Assembly (NCBI GenBank): GCA_026016245.1
Contig: CP061211.1
Span: 600,001 to 632,000, forward strand
Reading direction: 5' to 3'
Length of the DNA stretch: 32,000 bases
From: Candidatus Pacearchaeota archaeon
GTDB lineage: Archaea; Nanobdellota; Nanobdellia; Pacearchaeales; UBA284
Shown: positions 26,676-32,000 of the stretch, one piece after another
Position numbering within the stretch: the first letter of the stretch is position 1
How the letters are laid out: each line of letters starts with the position of its first letter
Translations under genes and position numbers: made by a program
Notes under the pieces: model-generated
The model's database searches: none
Told to the model about the DNA's origin: nothing
Seen by the model: only the letters and a program-made list of their open reading frames with translations

Positions 26676-26897
26676 ATGGAAAAGATGATTCATAATAATC
26701 AAAATCGTGTAATAGGAATGCTAAAAGACATGTATGGTGATTCTTATAAAGATGAATTTTATTTTGAACAAAAACCAAAAAGGACAATGGGCTATAATGG
26801 AATAATAAAAGATAGGCCACCGAAAAATCTTACAGAAGCTGTCAGAGATTCCAAAGAATTTTATAAAAATAATTTTGGAATAGAAGAATTTATTTAA
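26676..26897 (+). CDS. Small hypothetical protein (73 aa)
   Basis: Complete ORF MEKMIHNNQNRVIGMLKDMYGDSYKDEFYFEQKPKRTMGYN... filling the gap between convergent genes. Confidence 0.55.
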   Translation: MEKMIHNNQNRVIGMLKDMYGDSYKDEFYFEQKPKRTMGYNGIIKDRPPKNLTEAVRDSKEFYKNNFGIEEFI

Positions 26898-27698
26898 CTA
26901 TTCCTCTTTAAACATCCAGCTAAAGAAATTTTTTCCTTTTTCCTCTGGCAGCCTTTTCTTTTCCCCTATTTTCATTGTTTTCTGTTTTTCTTCTCTCATT
27001 CCTATTATTTTTTCAGCCAATCTTTCATATGCTCTGGCTGACTTACTTTCTGGATGTGTATGGATTACTGCATCTCTTAGCATCAAGCTTTCCCTGACAG
27101 CATCATCTTCAGGAATTTTTGCTATCAGTGGCTTTTCTAGCAGTATTTTTATTTCCTTGACTGAAAGCTCTCTTTTATCTTTCCTTATCCTGTTAAGAAT
27201 TATTGATATCTTTTTGTTCATTCTTTCTGCAATCTTTATTGTCTTTAATGCATCTGTAATAGCATGAGTCTCTGGGTTTGTTACAATAAAGAGCTCGTCA
27301 GCAATTTGAAATGGCATCAAAGCCTCACTTCCTAGACCAGCAGCTGAGTCTATGATAATAAAGTCAGAATAATTTTTCATTTCCTGGATTACTTGATTAA
27401 ATTTTTCTGGCTCTATATTTTTTAAGTCTTTAAGGGATAGCGAAGCTGGGACTATTTTTGTTCCTGAATGATGCTCGTAAATAGATTCATAGATATCTTT
27501 TTTTCCTTGGAGTACATGATTTAAAGTTATTGGAATGACTGGGGCTCCAAGATTTATGGCTATGTTTGGAGTTATTAGGTTGCTATCAACGAGAATGACC
27601 TCCTTGCCTAACTTGTTTAAAGCTGAGGCAAGGTTTATTGCAGTAATTGTTTTCCCAACACCCCCCTTTCCTGAGCTTATTACTATGACCTTAGCTAT
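26898..27698 (-). CDS. MinD/ParA-like P-loop ATPase with a probable non-canonical (AUA) start codon
   Basis: The frame extends 106 codons upstream of the track's ATG (27380): (M)AKVIVISSGKGGVGKTITAINLASALNKLGKEVILVDSNLITPNIAINLG...NYSDFIIIDSAAGL. SD-like GAGGT lies just upstream of ATA at 27698. Confidence 0.88.
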   Translation of the reverse strand: MAKVIVISSGKGGVGKTITAINLASALNKLGKEVILVDSNLITPNIAINLGAPVIPITLNHVLQGKKDIYESIYEHHSGTKIVPASLSLKDLKNIEPEKFNQVIQEMKNYSDFIIIDSAAGLGSEALMPFQIADELFIVTNPETHAITDALKTIKIAERMNKKISIILNRIRKDKRELSVKEIKILLEKPLIAKIPEDDAVRESLMLRDAVIHTHPESKSARAYERLAEKIIGMREEKQKTMKIGEKKRLPEEKGKNFFSWMFKEE

Positions 27699-27725
27699 TT
27701 TTACCTCTTTTTTCTTCTTATTTTC

Positions 27726-28172
27726 TTATTTCTTTTTTGCCCCATATGAGTGGCATAACTTTATAAAATCATTAAGAGTCTCATTCCATTCCTTGAGTTT
27801 GTCCATATTAATTTCTATTTCCCTGCCAGAATTTATAACTCTGACAGTCACGTTTTTTCTGAACTCATGCTCGCGAATTTTTTCGAGCATTGGGATACGC
27901 CTGAAGAAAGCATACATATCCATCACTCTCACTATGAGGTCATCTTTGTAAGCATCCCTAATAGCGAGTTCTCTAGCTTTTGGAGCAACAGGAATCTCTC
28001 TTATTGCTTTTGATTTTTTTGCCCTTCTCAAAAGCAGCTCCATACATCTATCAACCATCCTTTCCCATCTATTTATCAGATTAAGAATAACATCTCCTGT
28101 TTTAGTGTATTTAAGAGAAACATAAAAAAGATGTTCAGCCATCTTCTTTTCTCGTTCTATTTCATTTAACAT
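27726..28172 (-). CDS. Conserved hypothetical helical protein, probably co-transcribed with the MinD-like gene
   Basis: 148 aa ORF, same strand, 27 nt upstream of the MinD-like start. Confidence 0.75.
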   Translation of the reverse strand: MLNEIEREKKMAEHLFYVSLKYTKTGDVILNLINRWERMVDRCMELLLRRAKKSKAIREIPVAPKARELAIRDAYKDDLIVRVMDMYAFFRRIPMLEKIREHEFRKNVTVRVINSGREIEINMDKLKEWNETLNDFIKLCHSYGAKKK

Positions 28173-28240
28173 CTTAGAAATATCTTCTTTCCTCTTTTTA
28201 CTCGCTTAAGAGGATAATATGTTATTTATATTTATCGTTT

Positions 28241-28708
28241 TTAAATAAGAGGCTTGTTAATTATTGCCTTTATTTTTTTTAAAATGACCTTTAACATATT
28301 CAGATATTTCTTTAGCTGTTCTAAACCAATAGACTCTGTTCTTAGATTGTTTGACATTATAACCAATCTGTCTTTTCTAGTAAACTCAAAACTGCTCTCT
28401 TTGTGTTTCTCCATTATTCCAAAAAGCTCTTTCAGAATTTCTATTTCTTCTGTACTGATATTAAAACGGCTGGCGCATCTTTCTCTAAAAATATCAAATT
28501 TCCTTTCCTGATAAGATCTTATCCTCTTGTACATATATTCATACTGTAATGTTGCTTCTATGATATTGTTGGCTATATTGTAAAGTTGCTCAATAACTTT
28601 CTTCAGAAGCAAATTTTCTTTTATGAGGGGATATGTTATGTAGATCATATGGTCGACTGTTCTTAATGAATGCTCAGTCTTATCAAGAAGTTCATTTATA
28701 TCAGCCAT
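28241..28708 (-). CDS. Conserved hypothetical helical protein
   Basis: 155 aa ORF, same strand and spacing as its neighbours; predominantly charged/helical sequence. Confidence 0.75.
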   Translation of the reverse strand: MADINELLDKTEHSLRTVDHMIYITYPLIKENLLLKKVIEQLYNIANNIIEATLQYEYMYKRIRSYQERKFDIFRERCASRFNISTEEIEILKELFGIMEKHKESSFEFTRKDRLVIMSNNLRTESIGLEQLKKYLNMLKVILKKIKAIINKPLI

Positions 28709-28785
28709 TATTTCTTTCTTCTCCTCGTAAGATATAGAAAGAGGCTATCTATAAATATTTTTTTATTTTAGAATGATAAATTAAA

Positions 28786-28938
28786 TCAGAAAAAAAGCCT
28801 TAAGGCAATCTCAAAAAATATTACTAGAATGATGAGCAAGATGACGAATTCTGGCTTTATCTGAAACTTGCTCTTGTATTCTTCAAAATATCTGACCAAA
28901 CCTCCAGAAGAGGCTGGCACTCTTAATTGTTCTACCAT
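28786..28938 (-). CDS. Preprotein translocase subunit Sec61-beta (SecG-like)
   Basis: 50 aa, MVEQLRVPASSGGLVRYFEEYKSKFQIKPEFVILLIILVIFFEIALRLFF. The SSGGLVRYFEE..K.KI.PE-TM pattern is typical. Absent from the ORF track because of length. Confidence 0.88.
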   Translation of the reverse strand: MVEQLRVPASSGGLVRYFEEYKSKFQIKPEFVILLIILVIFFEIALRLFF

Positions 28939-28977
28939 TTTCAAGATTAGTAATTAGTCAAGATATAAAAAACTTTC

Positions 28978-29547
28978 TCAAACAGTTTTTACCATGACCA
29001 CGTCTAGATTATTATCATCATAAAGACATTCCTCAAATAAGGGTTTATAACCATGCCACAAAAGAAATTTTGCTAAATCTTTTCTTTCTTTTCTAAAATC
29101 TAAGATAATTAGGTTTAATCCCTTAGCTTTTGTTGCTTTCTCAACCTGTTTTATTAAAAAAGAAGCCACGCCCTCTCTTCTGAATCCTTCTTTTACTCTC
29201 ATATTTTTAAAGTGCAAAGTATTAGGTAATTGAGATTCTTTGGTTGCTTGGTAAATAGCATTTCCAACTAACTCCCAAGAATCTTTATTATGTTGTCTAT
29301 AAAAAGCAAGTATTGCTTTTTTCCAGTTATCTTCTATTTCAGGAATGCATATTTTTTCAACCCAATCTTTATAGCCAGGATAATTCATTGGATAAGAAAG
29401 TAAAAATGTTTTCAGAAGTTTCAATTCTTTTTCATCACCAAGATTTCCAAAATAAAAATCTCCCATTTCCCCTAGCCTAAAAAGAGGTAGCCAACAATAG
29501 GCCACTTTCTGTAGTTCCTCTTTCCCCTTAAGGAAAGAAACGAACAT
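28978..29547 (-). CDS. GNAT-family N-acetyltransferase
   Basis: 189 aa: LPNTLHFKNMRVKEGFRREGVASFLIKQVEKATKAKGLNLIILDFRKERKDLAKFLLWHGYKPLFEE. The true start may lie downstream of 29547. Confidence 0.8.
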   Translation of the reverse strand: MFVSFLKGKEELQKVAYCWLPLFRLGEMGDFYFGNLGDEKELKLLKTFLLSYPMNYPGYKDWVEKICIPEIEDNWKKAILAFYRQHNKDSWELVGNAIYQATKESQLPNTLHFKNMRVKEGFRREGVASFLIKQVEKATKAKGLNLIILDFRKERKDLAKFLLWHGYKPLFEECLYDDNNLDVVMVKTV

Positions 29548-29918
29548 GCTAACATCTGACTAAGCGTCTCGAAGACTTGCACCAGCCAAGATAGCCGTGC
29601 TCAAAATCTTAAGATTTTGGCACGCCTTGTTTGTCACCAAACTTCGGCGTTTCATCAAATCTCTTGTTTCATAGTTTAGCGCAAGCATCATAACGCACGA
29701 AAATCAAAGATTTTCGGCGCGCCAAAAATCATAAGATTTTTTAGCGCTCCACAAGAGCTGTGTCGTTTCTGTGCCAGAGCTATGCCTTTCAGCATGTCTC
29801 TCGCGAGACTGACTACTTCCTCATTAGAAAACCAAGGTTTTCCAATACCTTTCCTTTTCTAGTGAGGGGTGTGTGGACCTTCCTCTATCCCTCGAAAGAG
29901 ACGGAAAGTTAGCTAATT
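29548..29918 (-). ncRNA. rnpB: Probable archaeal RNase P RNA
   Basis: Minus-strand AGAGGAAGGTCCACACACC resembles CR-I. CTGGCACAGAAACGACAC and GATGAAACGCCGAAG resemble conserved internal elements. Terminal GCTAAC/GTTAGC (P1-like) and CGTCTC/GAGACG (P2-like) pairings are present. No ORF covers it, and it is GC-richer than its flanks. Confidence 0.72.
29602..29742 (-). repeat. Three related AT-rich hairpins inside the putative RNase P RNA
   Basis: Plus-strand: CAAAATCTTAAGATTTTG (29602-29619), GAAAATCAAAGATTTTC (29699-29715), AAAAATCATAAGATTTTTT (29724-29742). Confidence 0.85.
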
Positions 29919-30040
29919 AGCTACCTCAATAATATGAAGCAAGAAGAATTTAAAAAGGTTTTTATGACTTACTTCTGTCTTCTTAAACAAAAAATTTATA
30001 AAGGTTTTTTTATTACTCCTTATGAATAAAAAGAGGTAAG

Positions 30041-32000
30041 ATGAAAAGAGCTATCTTAGTATTTGTTATAATTTTTCTTGCTTTTATTAGTCTGAATCTT
30101 GTTAGTGCAGCAACAAATGTTAGTCAATGCATGAATCTAACAAATGAGTCAGAAATTTATACTTTAAATCAACCTATTAATATAACTGGGGGTGATTGCC
30201 TTGTAATTAAAAATAATTCAATAGTGTTAGACTGTCAGGGACATAATATAACTGTTAATGGGGCAGACGACAAGGATTGGCGTGCTGTTGATAATGAGCA
30301 GGGTTATGATAATATAACTGTTAAGAACTGTACATTTTCACAAAACTTCACAGGACCAACAGAAGAAGGAGAAGGACAATATGCAATTGGTTTTATAAAT
30401 TCTATAAACTCAACGATTTTTAATAATACATTTGAAGTTTCTGGGATTTTCTTTGGGAATTCAAGTAATGCTAATATAACTTCAAATACTCTAAATTATT
30501 CAGGTGGTTCAGCTCCAATTTCTTTGTTCTCTGGTTCAAATTCAAGTGTTGTGGAGAATAATAATATTACAACTACTGGCTTAGGAATTTTGGTCGAAGC
30601 TTCATCAAGTATTAACATTAGTTCGAATACTATTACTTCTTCTGGTGAAAATCAGAGTGTAATTGGTATTGGTTCTTCATCAAACATTAGTGTTGATTTA
30701 AATACTATAATAATTTCTGGTACTAATGCAACAGGGATTGTATTAGTTATGGCTACGACTGATACAAATATAACTACAAATAATATTACATCTTCTGGTA
30801 TTGGAGCAGCTGGAATTGGTGTAGTCGATAACTCAGATTCAAATCTTTTATATAATAATACAATTACAACTTCTAATGATACTGCATTTGGGATTATGTT
30901 GGACGGAGTAAGTAGCACTAATATTATAAATAATACTATAACTACCAGTCATACTTCTTCAGATGGAATACATAGCGAGGATTCTAATTCAACTATCATA
31001 TTTAATAATACAGTAAAAACCGAAGGTAATGAGTCAGACGGAGTTTTTATTTTCAATGGTTTATCTAATAGTATAACTAATAATACATTTAATACAACAG
31101 GATATGCTTTCGGTGTAGGGGGTCCAACCTGTGATTATTATAACCATACTGTAACAGATAATACAGAGCAAGGAGAAAAGATTTTATATTATTTTGATAA
31201 TGATTCAATAACAATAGAAGATCAAACCTTTGGGGAATTAATCGTAACTTGTTCTAATAATATAACAATAGACAACGTATCAGTCAATCATGATGGTATT
31301 GTTCTTGTTATTACAGAAAACTCTACTATTAATAATAGTAATTTCACTACTGCTGAACTTGGGATACACGGAGTGTTTTTTATTAATAGTTCTCATAATA
31401 ATGTAACAAATTGCAGAGTAAGAACTTTGGCAGATGGAGAAACATGTGTTATTGCTTTTCAATCCTCTGATTATAATCTTCTTTACAATAATGTTCTTAA
31501 TGTTTCAGCAGCATCAGTAAGTTCCTCTGGATTTTGTTGGCATCCTTCTTCACCTATGAATAATAATTGGAATACAACAGAGACAGTAGGAAAAAATATT
31601 ATAGGGGGTCCAAATTTGGGTGGAAACTTTTGGACAAATTCATTAGGCACAGGATTTAGTGATACATGTACTGATTCTGACGGCGATTATTTTTGCGATA
31701 CCGCTTTAAATCTTAAAGGTGGTCCTGGCAATGATACTAATAATATAGACTATCTCCCTCTTGCTAATCATACTAATGCAGTCTGGGAATGCAAGACATT
31801 AGATATTGAAGATGAAATTTATTTTTTAAATCAAAGTATTGAGGTCAATGGAAATTGCTTTAATATTACTGCAAATAATATTACTCTTATTTTCCTTAAA
31901 GGGAAAAATATAACAGGGGATACTACTGGATATGGCATTAATATTAGTGGTAATGATACAACAATAGAGCATGGAGTAATTTCTAATTTCTCAAATGGAA
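30041..32000 (+). CDS. Secreted parallel beta-helix surface protein, 3' end beyond window
   Basis: Open frame from ATG at 30041: MKRAILVFVIIFLAFISLNLVSAATNVSQCMNLTNESEIYTLNQPINITGGDCLVIKNNSIVLDCQGHNITV... with repeated SNxNIT/NNxIT units. No stop noticed before the edge. Confidence 0.88.
   Translation, partial: MKRAILVFVIIFLAFISLNLVSAATNVSQCMNLTNESEIYTLNQPINITGGDCLVIKNNSIVLDCQGHNITVNGADDKDWRAVDNEQGYDNITVKNCTFSQNFTGPTEEGEGQYAIGFINSINSTIFNNTFEVSGIFFGNSSNANITSNTLNYSGGSAPISLFSGSNSSVVENNNITTTGLGILVEASSSINISSNTITSSGENQSVIGIGSSSNISVDLNTIIISGTNATGIVLVMATTDTNITTNNITSSGIGAAGIGVVDNSDSNLLYNNTITTSNDTAFGIMLDGVSSTNIINNTITTSHTSSDGIHSEDSNSTIIFNNTVKTEGNESDGVFIFNGLSNSITNNTFNTTGYAFGVGGPTCDYYNHTVTDNTEQGEKILYYFDNDSITIEDQTFGELIVTCSNNITIDNVSVNHDGIVLVITENSTINNSNFTTAELGIHGVFFINSSHNNVTNCRVRTLADGETCVIAFQSSDYNLLYNNVLNVSAASVSSSGFCWHPSSPMNNNWNTTETVGKNIIGGPNLGGNFWTNSLGTGFSDTCTDSDGDYFCDTALNLKGGPGNDTNNIDYLPLANHTNAVWECKTLDIEDEIYFLNQSIEVNGNCFNITANNITLIFLKGKNITGDTTGYGINISGNDTTIEHGVISNFSNG

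Noticed and set aside
26898-27380. Track ORF of 160 aa as a truncated MinD pseudogene
   Set aside because: The same frame extends upstream without interruption through an intact P-loop. The apparent truncation comes only from requiring an ATG start.
29545-29918. Signal recognition particle RNA as identity of the non-coding region
   Set aside because: The GGAAGGTCC string superficially resembles the SRP helix 8 loop. The downstream CACAGAAACGAC/GATGAAACG elements and the terminal P1/P2-like pairings fit RNase P RNA better.
1-32000. Transposons, IS elements, restriction-modification, toxin-antitoxin or CRISPR-Cas systems
   Set aside because: I found no transposase, integrase, cas or R-M signatures, and no paired small ORFs with toxin/antitoxin features.

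Overview
This window is from an AT-rich archaeal genome, probably DPANN-type, although lineage is my inference. It is gene-dense. It carries the information-processing genes LSm, S8e, TFB, RNase Z, EndA, S15, RecJ-like DHH, S27e, DEDDh exonuclease, aIF2-alpha, zinc ribbon, aEF1-beta, S10, HisRS and Sec61-beta. It has tRNA-Leu(UAG), tRNA-Gln(UUG) with an insertion in the D loop, tRNA-His(GUG), and a likely RNase P RNA. It also has a large accessory/surface block: a prepilin peptidase, three exported proteins of unknown function, a 2189-aa beta-helix surface protein, and a second beta-helix protein truncated at the right edge. The strongest candidate for an undescribed system is a compact four-gene RiPP-like locus at 21815-24794. 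It encodes a 71-aa peptide with a perfect (Cys-X)8 tract (CSCQCACDCVCICDCD), a radical SAM/SPASM maturase, a class I methyltransferase and a HExxH metallopeptidase. It is transcribed divergently from a secreted protein ending in a Bacteroidetes-like type IX secretion (type A) sorting domain, which is unexpected in an archaeon. Other notable items are a D-loop tRNA insertion with no obvious canonical BHB motif, a MinD-like ATPase gene that appears to need a non-ATG/GTG/TTG start (probably AUA), and repeated AAAATC/GATTTT hairpins inside the RNase P RNA.
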